Shown here: one piece after another, positions 40,055 to 49,319 of the stretch | Layout: the number at the start of each line of letters is the position of its first letter | How positions within the stretch are numbered: position 1 is the stretch's first letter | Source of the DNA: Chloroflexota bacterium | GTDB lineage: Bacteria > Chloroflexota > UBA11872 > VXNJ01 | Length of the DNA: 64,000 nucleotides | Assembly: GCA_965249595.1 (NCBI GenBank) | Contig: OZ252242.1 | Span: forward strand, 1,168,569 to 1,232,568 | Direction: 5' to 3' | Translations under genes and position numbers: made by a program | The notes under the pieces: generated by a model | What the model was told of the DNA's origin: nothing | Database searches by the model: none | Seen by the model: the letters and a program-made list of their open reading frames with translations, nothing else

Positions 40055-42190
40055 TCAGATAAACAGCGGCGTGAGGACCAACGTGATGGTAGCCAGGATC
40101 TTGATCAAGACATTCAACGAGGGTCCAGCGGTGTCCTTGAAGGGGTCGCCAACGGTGTCGCCCACGACGGACGCGGCGTGTTCGTCAGACCCCTTGGGGA
40201 TCGGGTTCCCTTCGGCATCCTTTAGACCACCGGCCTCGATGAACTTCTTGGCGTTGTCCCAGGCCCCGCCGCCATTGTTGAGGAACAGCGCCAGAACAAC
40301 ACCGGCAATGGTGGCGATCATGAGAAACCCGGCTGCCGCTTCAGCTCGCAATACTAGGCCAACCGCGATCGGAGCGACCACCGGCAGCAGGCCGGGCAGC
40401 AGCATATTGCGCAGCGCCGAGGCCGCGGCGATGTCTACAGCCTGACCATACTCCGGCTTCTCATCGCCGGTCATGATGCCCGGTTTTTCGCGGAATTGCC
40501 GGCGAACCTCTTCGATGATGGCGCTCGAAGATACGCCGACGGCGCGGATGGCCATGGCGCAAAAGAGGTAGACGATCATCGCCCCCAGGAACGCACCGAT
40601 AAAGACGCGTACATCGGCCAGGTTGATGACGCCCGAGGAAATTTCGGCTTTTTGAATGAAGGCCGATAGCAATACGAACGCCGTTAGTGCGGCTGACCCG
40701 ACCGCGTAGCCCTTTGTGAGCGCTTTGGTGGTGTTGCCAACCGAGTCGAGGTTGTCGGTTATGTCGCGAGTTTCCTGGCCCGCATGTGAAAACTCGGCGA
40801 TGCCACCGGCATTGTCGGAGATTGGTCCAAACGTATCCATCGCCAGGATGTAGGCCGCCGACATGAGCATACCCATCGTCGCAGCGGCGGTGCCGTAGAC
40901 CCCGGCCACAAAATCCGATGAGACGACCAGTCCCAATTCAGCCACTGCCTCGACCCCGAAGAAATACGAGGCTCCCAAAGCTGAGACAAGTACCAAAACC
41001 GGGATGGCTGTGGTTTCAAAGCCGATGGCGATGCCGGCGATTATGATGGTCGCCGGCCCGGTGCGAGCGGCCTCGGCAATATTGCGGACCGGGCGCCATT
41101 CGCCGGCGGTGTAGTACTGGGTTATGTAATAGAAGAGGATCGTCGTTACGATGCCGGTTACGCCGGCCGCAAGCAGCCACCAACTGCCGATCATCGTGAG
41201 CGAAACCGCCGCAAATCCGGCCGTGGAAAGAATGGCCGTTGTCCAAAAACCAATATCCAGGTTTCGTTGGGCCGAATTGACGGTACCGCCGCGCACGGCC
41301 ATCAATCCGACCATCGAGGCGAGTATCCCCACCGCCCTAATCACCAGCGGGAAAAGGATCCATATCAGGCTGTGCTCAGGGTCGGCCAGGTAGAGTGAAA
41401 CTCCCAGGATCATTGAGCCGATGTTCTCGGCGGCGGTGGACTCAAACAGGTCCGCGCCGCGCCCGGCACAATCTCCAACGTTGTCGCCCACCAGGTCGGC
41501 GACGACCGCCGCGTTACGGGGGTCGTCTTCCGGGATGCCGGCTTCAATCTTGCCCACCAGGTCGGCTGCCACGTCGGCGGCCTTGGTGTAAATCCCACCG
41601 CCTAGCAGCGCAAATAACGCCACAAAACTGGCGCCGAACCCGTAGCCCACGATCAGATAGGGGGTCGTTGTCGGATGGTCCAGGCCGCCAAAGGCGATGT
41701 AGAGAACGTAGACACCGAGCAGGCTCAAGCCGGTGACCATGAATCCGGTAATGGCCCCGCCGCGTAATCCGATGCGCAGGGCTTCACCGAGCGAACGGGT
41801 AGCCGCCGACGCCGTGCGGACGTTTGACTTCACCGCGGTAATCAGTCCGATTATTCCGGCGATGGCCGACATCGTGGCCCCGATGATGAAGGCAACTCCA
41901 GTGCGCCAGGCTATGTCGAATCCTTTAATCGGATCGCCACCGGCGACCTCTTCGCCGCCAAACAGGCCAACTGTTGCCGAGAGCACTACGGCTACTACAA
42001 CCGCCAGCATGGCGATGGTGCGATATTGACGTCGAATAAAGGCCATCGCACCTTCGTAGATGTAGCCGCCGATTTCCTGCATACCCTCATCACCGGCGTC
42101 AGATTTGAGGACGTCAAAGGCCAGGTAACCGGCAAATAACAATGCCAACGCAACGACGATTGGTACTAGCCAAAGTGCGAAATCTTCCAA
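40055..42190 (-). CDS. hppA: Membrane-bound H+/Na+-translocating pyrophosphatase
   Basis: 711-aa polytopic protein with GDNVGDCAGRGADLFES and NGGGAWDNAKKFIEAG, the signature motifs of H+-PPases. Confidence 0.9.
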   Translation of the reverse strand: MEDFALWLVPIVVALALLFAGYLAFDVLKSDAGDEGMQEIGGYIYEGAMAFIRRQYRTIAMLAVVVAVVLSATVGLFGGEEVAGGDPIKGFDIAWRTGVAFIIGATMSAIAGIIGLITAVKSNVRTASAATRSLGEALRIGLRGGAITGFMVTGLSLLGVYVLYIAFGGLDHPTTTPYLIVGYGFGASFVALFALLGGGIYTKAADVAADLVGKIEAGIPEDDPRNAAVVADLVGDNVGDCAGRGADLFESTAAENIGSMILGVSLYLADPEHSLIWILFPLVIRAVGILASMVGLMAVRGGTVNSAQRNLDIGFWTTAILSTAGFAAVSLTMIGSWWLLAAGVTGIVTTILFYYITQYYTAGEWRPVRNIAEAARTGPATIIIAGIAIGFETTAIPVLVLVSALGASYFFGVEAVAELGLVVSSDFVAGVYGTAAATMGMLMSAAYILAMDTFGPISDNAGGIAEFSHAGQETRDITDNLDSVGNTTKALTKGYAVGSAALTAFVLLSAFIQKAEISSGVINLADVRVFIGAFLGAMIVYLFCAMAIRAVGVSSSAIIEEVRRQFREKPGIMTGDEKPEYGQAVDIAAASALRNMLLPGLLPVVAPIAVGLVLRAEAAAGFLMIATIAGVVLALFLNNGGGAWDNAKKFIEAGGLKDAEGNPIPKGSDEHAASVVGDTVGDPFKDTAGPSLNVLIKILATITLVLTPLFI

Positions 42191-42673
42191 GGTCCGGATG
42201 CCTCTTGAGTGGAGAAATTAGCGGGTTGCCCGGACTTAATGTCGGGCACGCGATTGAGTTGGCGCCAGCGCACCATGCGAATTATCTTCAATGAGCCGAT
42301 CTGTTGAGTTAGCGGGCTTTCGGCGCGGGCGCAATCGGCCGTAGGCCGCCGCCATCGCTAATCCGCGCCACCTGCCGAACGAAATTTAAAAGGGCGGCCA
42401 ATGCGCGAAAACGGAAGCGGAACCGAGCGAACCAGAAGCTTTGCAACCTCCGCTACCAGCATCAATCCGCCAGCCAACGGCTCAAAAACTTTCAAAAAGG
42501 TACGAAGTTTGCCGGTCCAAGCTAAGGGTTTGAAGCCGCCGGCGAGACGGCCCGGGCGCGCAGCAGTCCGGCCGGCTAAGGCCCTGATACCGGCGATGCG
42601 TTGCGCCCTTACCCGGATCGCGGCGCGGTCTTAAAACGCCTGCAGCGGCCGAGCCTGCTAGGCGGCATCGAAT

Positions 42674-43851
42674 TTATTTGCGCATGCCGGCGAGCCGGAA
42701 CCACTTGTATTTGTAGTTGAGGATCAACAGCGCGAGCACAAAGGCCACGATGTCTAAGAAAACGTTTGGGAAAAGTGCAATTTCCTCTATGTTGATCACG
42801 TACAGCGAAGGTGTAGATATTGCGGCAGCTTCAGTGTTAGCGAACAAGCCGATGAATAGATTGTTCACTGCGTGGTAGCCGGCCGCAACTTCGATTCCGC
42901 CGTCGAGCAGCACGCGACCACGGCGAAGAAGAGCCCTGAGGACACCAGCGCGACGGCGTAGGGCGCAATGCCGTATTCCCAAGGTTCTGGATTGGACAGG
43001 TGCGGAAGCATGAAAATCACCGCGGCGGCGATCGCCACCACCACGCGGTTGCGCGCGAGCAGCGACAGCCCCTGCAGGATGTAGCCACGGAAGAACACTT
43101 CCTCGTAGCCGGCCTGGATTGGGGCGAGGACGATCGCCACCAGGGCGAAGACCAGGTATTCCAAATCCGGTGCCTGGTAGGTGAAATCGAGTTGCAGTAC
43201 GAATCGGTTGACCAGCTGCACTATGACGGCGATTATCAGGGCGACGAGCGCACCACAAAAATACCGGTGCAGGTCAATGGATTTCCTGCCGGTAACTACC
43301 TGTCGCAGTGTTTGCCGATGGAGCAGCTTGGCCACTCCCCAAACGGCGATCAGGCCAAAGGCGAAACCGGTGACGGCTATTGCCAAACTGGCCGATAGCG
43401 TGCCGTCTCCGGCCAATCCCTCGCCCGACGCGCACGTCAAATCAAGGATGTTTGTCGCATCGATGGCGGCGCAGCCGGCAATGGATGCGACGAGCCCCGA
43501 TCCGAGCCAAACGACGATGATGGCCAGAATCCCCACGACCCAACGCCACCAATCGTTGCGACCCAACGAGGCGTTGAGGATGAATTGCTCGCGTGCCGCC
43601 GGCGAGCCGTTCGCGGCGAGCGCATCTACCGGTTGTTGCATGCTCGTGGAGCCCTCCCCTGCCTTTCCATCGATTGCCGATGGCCTCTGAAAGCGGAGGA
43701 GCCTTCCCGTGTCTGTAGCGGCTGGGTTACAAAAGATCCACCCGAATCCCCGCTCGATCCATTGTTGCCGGGCGGTCAGCTGGCTGGCGATGACGGAACT
43801 GGCGGTTCGCCTCGGTTGGCAAAGCACACGATCCGTGGGACTCGGCCGCAC
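42674..43851 (-). pseudogene. CPBP-family (CAAX/Abi) intramembrane metalloprotease, frameshifted
   Basis: The ORF 42865..43851(-) carries motif 1 GYEEVFFRGYILQG and motif 2 AAVIFMLPHL. Motif 3 (GYHAVNNLF) lies in a different frame, in ORF 42674..43258(-). The frames switch within gccgtggtcgcgtgctgctcgacgg near 42900-42930. The likely true start is M71 (MQQPVDALAANGS) near 43641. Confidence 0.6.
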
Positions 43852-43924
43852 CGGGAGTCTGCCTTCATGACCGGTGTTGACGGTGCGCCCGAGGGTTGCG
43901 GCGAACCGATGTCGAAACGGGCTT

Positions 43925-44977
43925 TTACTGGCCGCACAGCCGCCTTAGTGCCGCTGTCAGCGTCTCTAACTCCTCCGCATTTCCGACAGTGATGCGGAGC
44001 GCGTTTTCTGCGCCGCGGACATGCGGAAGATGGCGAACCAGGATCTTCTCGGCCTCCAGTCCTGCCAGCAATTCAGCGGCTGGCGGTTCCGTGCATTCGA
44101 CCAACACAAAGTTGGCCTGCGAAGGATGGGGTTTGAGGCCCTTGATGCGACCAAGCTCGCTGACCAACGAGCTGCGTCGAGCCCGCACGTCGGCCCACAT
44201 CTCCTCGGCCCACTCAGCGTCGGACAGGGCCGCCAGCGCCGCCGCCTGAGATGCCGCCGATACGTTGTATGAGTCCTTCAGATTTAACAAGCAAGCACAG
44301 AGATCGGCCGGCCCGAGCAGGTAACCGACCCGCATGCCAGCGAGCCCATAAGCCTTCGAAAATGTCCGCACCACCGCAACGTTCTCAAATCGATCGAGAA
44401 GTTCGAGGGCGTTGGTATCGGCGTATTCGGCATACGCTTCGTCGATAACCACCAAGTTTTGCCCGCCCGCGCATATCGCCGCCAGGGTGGTGGCCGGATA
44501 GGCTGTGCCAGCCGGGTTATTGGGACTGGTGATGAACGTCACCTTGGGATTCCGCCGCGAAAGCTCAGGCACTTTCAAAGCGAAGTTGTCGTCGCAGGCA
44601 ATAGCCTCATAGGCGGCGCCGGCGCTACCGGCTAGGACCGGATACAGCGAATATGCCGGATCAGTCGACAGTACCGTGTCGCCAGGACCGCATACGGCCC
44701 GGATGATCAGGGAGAGGATCTCATCAGATCCGTTGCCGACGACGACTTGGGATACATCCAGGTCAAACTTTTTGGCCAATGCTTCACGCAGTGGTAATGC
44801 CGTCGGGTCCGGATAGCGGAAATAGGCCGCCGCCGGCAGAGATTCCAATGCTTTGCGGGCGCGCGGGGAGGCGGCTACCGATTCGTTGGTATTGAGTTTG
44901 ATCCAGCCACCACCGGATGGTTGGTGCCCAGGTACGTAACCCGCAAAATTTGCCAGATCGGGTCGGATTTGGACCAT
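43925..44977 (-). CDS. hisC: Histidinol-phosphate aminotransferase family (class II PLP aminotransferase)
   Basis: IKLNTNE, ITSPNNPAG and RTFSKAYGLAGMRVGY (the PLP-binding Lys). Confidence 0.8.
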   Translation of the reverse strand: MVQIRPDLANFAGYVPGHQPSGGGWIKLNTNESVAASPRARKALESLPAAAYFRYPDPTALPLREALAKKFDLDVSQVVVGNGSDEILSLIIRAVCGPGDTVLSTDPAYSLYPVLAGSAGAAYEAIACDDNFALKVPELSRRNPKVTFITSPNNPAGTAYPATTLAAICAGGQNLVVIDEAYAEYADTNALELLDRFENVAVVRTFSKAYGLAGMRVGYLLGPADLCACLLNLKDSYNVSAASQAAALAALSDAEWAEEMWADVRARRSSLVSELGRIKGLKPHPSQANFVLVECTEPPAAELLAGLEAEKILVRHLPHVRGAENALRITVGNAEELETLTAALRRLCGQ

Positions 44978-45130
44978 GCGATTTACCTATTACGACTGGC
45001 GGCGAACGATCGCCACGACCTGCCGCACCTGCAAATACCGCCGCCAAGGAATTTGGGCTTGCGCCCTAACATCTAATTGTCGGCATGGGGAGGCGTCGGC
45101 ACGGGATCTTGCTGTATTTGATCGGTGTGA

Positions 45131-46306
45131 ATGTCTCTCCTTAGTGGCAAGAATGGGTCGCCCCAATCGGCGCGGATAGTAGTTACCGCGGATGTCGCCC
45201 TTGGTCGTTCAAATCATTGGCTGCCGCGGGGACAACAGCTGGGCGCGCTGCTGGAGCGCCGCTTAGCATTCGGGGTTGTGGTAAATCACGTGCTTTCGAG
45301 CCATGCTCAAGCACTGGTTATCGCCGGCGGTTTGTTTGATGACACCAGTCCGGAGCCGGCCGAGATTGCCGCCGCCGTCGCCGGACTAGGTTCACTGGCC
45401 GAGGCCGGCGTCGCCTGCTTCGCAATTCACGGTGCTGCCGAGACCACTCCCGGCGATGTCGTCTCACCGCTTGACCTGTTGGCCAAGCTTGATCTGCTCG
45501 TCTGTCTTGACCGTCAACGTGAGAGCCATATCGCTCGCCTAGGCGGTTTACGTGTCGCGTTTACAGCTCTGCTGGGCGCCGATGCCCGGGGCAGGGACAA
45601 TCCGCTGCGTCAACTCTCATTCCCGCGCATGGGTGATTGTCACGTCCTGGTGACCGATAGCCAGGTGGAGCAACTGACACCCGCCGGTGCGCCAGGGCCG
45701 GTAATAGACCTTGAATCTGTAAATGCCCTAACCGGCGTAAGCCTTCTAATTGCCAATGGGCCGCGGCCCCAGCGCTACCAAGCGACTCGGGCGATGGTTG
45801 TCGTGCCGGGATCGCCGTTGCGGCCTTCTCCAGACGGGGGGTTCGTCGACATTTCGGTTGCCAGCGGGGGCGTGCAGGACATCAAGTTTGAATCCGGCGC
45901 CGGTTTGCCGGCGGCCGAGGTGTTGGTGCCGGCCAGCCTGCTTGAATTACCCGATGCGAATCGCCAAATTCGTAAAAAGATTGCCGAGTCGGCCACCGAG
46001 GCCACCGAGGTGGTTATGAGGGTTTACGGGCGCGCCTCGCCCGAATCCCTGCGCCGGGCGCGACTTGCCAGCTTGGTCCGCTATGGGCGGTCGGTAACGG
46101 CGCGCTTCGTCCTGGATGTATCGGGATTGCTCTCTGTTCAAAACGACGCCGGCCGCGGTCCGCTGGCGGTTCTCGACGAGATTGGCGATCAGGTTGCCGA
46201 ACGGGACCGATCGTCATGGAAAAGCGACCACGAACGCGCCAATGCCATTGACGAATACAAATCGCTGATTGCCGGTCGAAATGGCTTGGGGATTGGCCTT
46301 CGATGA
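45131..46306 (+). CDS. SbcD/Mre11-like calcineurin-fold protein with degenerate metal-binding motifs (predicted inactive nuclease homologue)
   Basis: It aligns by eye to the SbcD N-terminus as ARIVVTADVALG vs MRILHTSDWHLG, ALVIAGGLFDDTSP vs AIIVAGDVFDTGSP, and CFAIHGAAET vs VVLAGNHDS. The motif I His, motif II first Asp and motif III Asn-His are all substituted. The stop overlaps the next gene's start (ATGA). Confidence 0.55.
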   Translation: MSLLSGKNGSPQSARIVVTADVALGRSNHWLPRGQQLGALLERRLAFGVVVNHVLSSHAQALVIAGGLFDDTSPEPAEIAAAVAGLGSLAEAGVACFAIHGAAETTPGDVVSPLDLLAKLDLLVCLDRQRESHIARLGGLRVAFTALLGADARGRDNPLRQLSFPRMGDCHVLVTDSQVEQLTPAGAPGPVIDLESVNALTGVSLLIANGPRPQRYQATRAMVVVPGSPLRPSPDGGFVDISVASGGVQDIKFESGAGLPAAEVLVPASLLELPDANRQIRKKIAESATEATEVVMRVYGRASPESLRRARLASLVRYGRSVTARFVLDVSGLLSVQNDAGRGPLAVLDEIGDQVAERDRSSWKSDHERANAIDEYKSLIAGRNGLGIGLR

Positions 46307-48753
46307 TCACCATCACGCGACTGGCTATTCGAAACGTCCGGGCCATATCGACCCTGGACCTGAACCTGCCGCCCCGCGGCAATTTCTTAATCGACGCTCC
46401 CGCCGAAGGCAAGACCAGTGTGGCGTTGGCAATGCGACTAGCACTGCAAGGACCGACCCGGGGTCAGGAATTGGATGACCTGATTCGCCACGGTTCGCAA
46501 TCGGCCGAGGTAGAGCTTGAGCTTCGCGACGGGCCAAAAACACTTCGGATCGCCCGCCAAATCGGCAGAGGTCGACATGCTGCGCAGGCGAGATTGACCG
46601 CCGGCCTCACCGAAGGAAAGGCCGATCGGCCGGAAGCCGTAAATGCTTTGGCTTCGGAGTTCTTTGCCTATCCGCTGGGACAGGTGGCCGACTTTTTTGT
46701 TTGGAGTTCCGTGAGCGCGTCGCGGAGTTGGCCCTTGGCGGCCGATCGTTCCTACCTGATGCGGGCCGCCGGCGGGAACAATGATGGTACGGCTGCGGCA
46801 CGGGCGCTCGGACATGCCCGCTCGAAGGTCGCCCAAATCCACGAATCCAAACGGCACCGTGAGCTGATCGCCAAACGACTTCGGTTGCGCCGTCAATTGG
46901 CCGGCGAAGAGTTGGTGGAATTGGCGCCGGCGTTAGCCGGGGCGCGGACCGAATTTGAAACGGCTGAAGCTGAATTGAAACAGCTGGATTGCGAACTGGC
47001 CAAAAAGCGCCAGCAGGCGATGCTTACCGGTCGCGCCGCCGAAACCTTTAAGGTCACGACCGAGATCATTGATCAGGCTGAAGCGCTCGATCAATTGCGA
47101 GCCAAGCTACGAATCCTTAACAACTTGGCTACCAACGTCGATGGCGGAGAAGCCGAATTCATTCGCCTGCGGGCGAAGGCCGGCCGGGTGGCAACCGCCC
47201 ACGCCGCGTTGGTTGAGGCCGAGCAACTCAACGCCCAGGCGGCCGATGCCAATATTCAACGCGGGCGCGTCGGAGAGGTTCTTTCAGAGCTGGTTGAGCT
47301 GCGCACCGGAAGCCTCCAGGAGGTAAGTGAAGAGCGGTATCGACGTTGGATCGATTTGACCGAACAGGTCTCGTCAGCCGCGTTAGCCGGCGTAAGCGCC
47401 CGGTTTGACCTGGGCAGTCCGGATGCCGTTGACCCGGTGCGGATGAAGGCCCAACTTCGCCAACTAGAGCTTGAAATGACCGAGGGCGGCCTAGAAATTC
47501 CGGTCTCAATTGACCAGGCCCGCCAGTTTTTGACCGAAAACGAGCCGGACCAGATTTTGCGCTTGGAATCTGAATTGGAATCGCCCGCAATTCCGTCGGA
47601 TGAATCATTCGAAAGGGAATTCCGATCCCGGGCGACGACGGCCCATGAGCGGGCTGCGACCATGCTTTTCGGACTCGATTTGCCGCCCGATCGACGGCTG
47701 GTGGAGTCGCGACTTTCCCAAATCGATCAAGAAATCGAGGAGTTGGAGCGGCTGGCCGCAGATCCTCAATTGCTCGTCGAACAGATTCGCGCTCATGAAC
47801 TCGAAATTGTCCGCCGCCGCAAATTGCTCGATCAGGGGCGGGAGGAGTTGGCGCAACGAGAGCCAGACGCCGGGTTTGAACACTTCGAATTAGATCTAGA
47901 TTCCGTAATTTCTCTGCGCGATCAGTCAACCGCCGACGTTTCTTTACATCCCGCTCCTGCCGACCCGGTGCTCAACCGGATGATGCAACGCTGTCAACAA
48001 CGTTGCAAACGCGCCGCCAGCACCGTGGACGAACATGAATCCCGCATCAAGGCTGCAGCACGGCAGTTGGATCTCGACCCGGTTTCGGCATTGGCCAAAG
48101 CGGCCCAGCAGCGCGCGCGGCCCGACCGCCGCCGCCAACTGCAAATGGAGCTAAAACGCCTGGAAACCAAGATTGCCAGCCTGGCCGCATCGGTCGCTAA
48201 ACCCTCTGGCAACGGCCGACATCCGGTGGATGAGGACGATGTCGAACTGGCCGAAAGAAATTTGGAACGCCTGCAGCGACGGGTCGAACGCCGCCGTCAA
48301 TTGGATCCGGCAATTCGCGGTTTGGACAAAGGGCTTGGTCTTAGAGCCGCCGAGCGGACCATCCAAAACGCCCGTAACCTTTTACCGCGCGTAAGCGACG
48401 GGCGTTATTTCGACTTGCAAGTTGAACCCAACGGGACAATTCGGCTGTGGGACGAAGATGCCGAGGATTGGATCGGGGCTGGCCAATTCGGCAGCTCCCT
48501 GCGCGACTTGTCCGAGTTGGTAATCTGGCTCTCCCGCGCCGTCACGCACAGCGGTACGTCAATTTCCGGGATGCCGGGATTCTGCCTTCTAGATGATCCC
48601 GGCGCCCTCATCGCCGAACCGCTTCAGCATGTCCTTGCGGATGCGTTAGACAGCGATCCAATGCTCAATGCGATCCCGCAAATGTTGATGTTGAGCGGTC
48701 GCCGGTCATTTACCGCCGCTGGTTTCGAACCGTTGTGCGTGTTGGGCAATTGA
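46303..48753 (+). CDS. SbcC/Rad50-like SMC-type coiled-coil protein with degenerate ABC-ATPase motifs
   Basis: N-terminal ITRLAIRNVRAISTLDLNLPPRGNFLIDAPAEGKTSVALAMRLAL (Rad50 N-lobe with Walker A reduced to AEGKTS). A coiled coil of about 500 aa. C-terminal QFGSSLRDLSELVIWLSRAV (signature-like, SGGE becomes SSLRD), GFCLLDDPG (Walker B with Glu replaced by Asp), and no H-loop His. Confidence 0.55.
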   Translation: MITITRLAIRNVRAISTLDLNLPPRGNFLIDAPAEGKTSVALAMRLALQGPTRGQELDDLIRHGSQSAEVELELRDGPKTLRIARQIGRGRHAAQARLTAGLTEGKADRPEAVNALASEFFAYPLGQVADFFVWSSVSASRSWPLAADRSYLMRAAGGNNDGTAAARALGHARSKVAQIHESKRHRELIAKRLRLRRQLAGEELVELAPALAGARTEFETAEAELKQLDCELAKKRQQAMLTGRAAETFKVTTEIIDQAEALDQLRAKLRILNNLATNVDGGEAEFIRLRAKAGRVATAHAALVEAEQLNAQAADANIQRGRVGEVLSELVELRTGSLQEVSEERYRRWIDLTEQVSSAALAGVSARFDLGSPDAVDPVRMKAQLRQLELEMTEGGLEIPVSIDQARQFLTENEPDQILRLESELESPAIPSDESFEREFRSRATTAHERAATMLFGLDLPPDRRLVESRLSQIDQEIEELERLAADPQLLVEQIRAHELEIVRRRKLLDQGREELAQREPDAGFEHFELDLDSVISLRDQSTADVSLHPAPADPVLNRMMQRCQQRCKRAASTVDEHESRIKAAARQLDLDPVSALAKAAQQRARPDRRRQLQMELKRLETKIASLAASVAKPSGNGRHPVDEDDVELAERNLERLQRRVERRRQLDPAIRGLDKGLGLRAAERTIQNARNLLPRVSDGRYFDLQVEPNGTIRLWDEDAEDWIGAGQFGSSLRDLSELVIWLSRAVTHSGTSISGMPGFCLLDDPGALIAEPLQHVLADALDSDPMLNAIPQMLMLSGRRSFTAAGFEPLCVLGN

Positions 48754-48765
48754 TCGCGACCAAAG

Positions 48766-49224
48766 TTGGCGCATAGGACGTATTTGGAGGCGCTGGCCCG
48801 CCAGCCGCAGCGCATTCCAGGATCGAGGCTGCCGGCTCCCCGGGCGGCGGTCCTGATACGGATAACTGCCGCCTTCGCTGGTGCGGGCGCCTTAACTTGT
48901 CTGCTGGCCGCCGTTTCGCTGATGTTGCTAGCGGATCCCGGCAAACCGACCAATCAAATTTTTTTCTACTGCTTGGTCCTGGCTGGCGCCGCCCAAATGG
49001 GCTGGGCTGCTGCCTATCGCATTCAGCGCGAGCGATTGAGCGCAGGAGCGGGCGCGGACGTGGGCCGCATTTGCTTTAAATGGACGGCGATTGCGGCCGC
49101 AATCGCTGCCGCCTGGTTGGCGGGTCTGCGCTTGGGCGCACCAGTCCCGGTGTTATCGCTGGCCACCGCGATTGCGGTGCCGGTTTTGGCAATTTCGGCC
49201 AGATGGCTGCAGGGTCGACTCTGA
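48766..49224 (+). CDS. Hypothetical 4-TM membrane protein immediately downstream of the SbcC-like gene
   Basis: 152-aa ORF starting 13 bp after the SbcC-like stop, with four hydrophobic helices. No known motifs. Confidence 0.4.
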   Translation: MAHRTYLEALARQPQRIPGSRLPAPRAAVLIRITAAFAGAGALTCLLAAVSLMLLADPGKPTNQIFFYCLVLAGAAQMGWAAAYRIQRERLSAGAGADVGRICFKWTAIAAAIAAAWLAGLRLGAPVPVLSLATAIAVPVLAISARWLQGRL

Positions 49225-49319
49225 GTTAAACCGCGATTGCGGCAGCCGGCGAGCAGCCGGGGTTTTTGGCGAAAATGGCAAGTTGCCGCTGACCCCAAGC
49301 CAAAGGCGTACCCCTACCT

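Noticed and set aside
42401-42634. 77-aa plus-strand ORF in the hppA leader
   Set aside because: Basic and low-complexity, with no ribosome-binding site. It lies in a region more plausibly serving as the hppA 5' UTR/promoter.
47228-47929. 233-aa minus-strand ORF (and several 60-150 aa ORFs at 46014-48953)
   Set aside because: Antisense to or out of frame with the SbcC-like gene. Arg/Pro-rich.
45131-48753. Interpretation of the SbcD/SbcC-like pair as a known SMC-based defence system (Lamassu/Wadjet/Septu/Gabija-type)
   Set aside because: The gene order, the 4-bp overlap and the block-level similarity are those of sbcDC itself. No kleisin, Toprim, HNH, Cap4 or other effector domain is adjacent, so assigning it to a named defence family is not supported from sequence alone.
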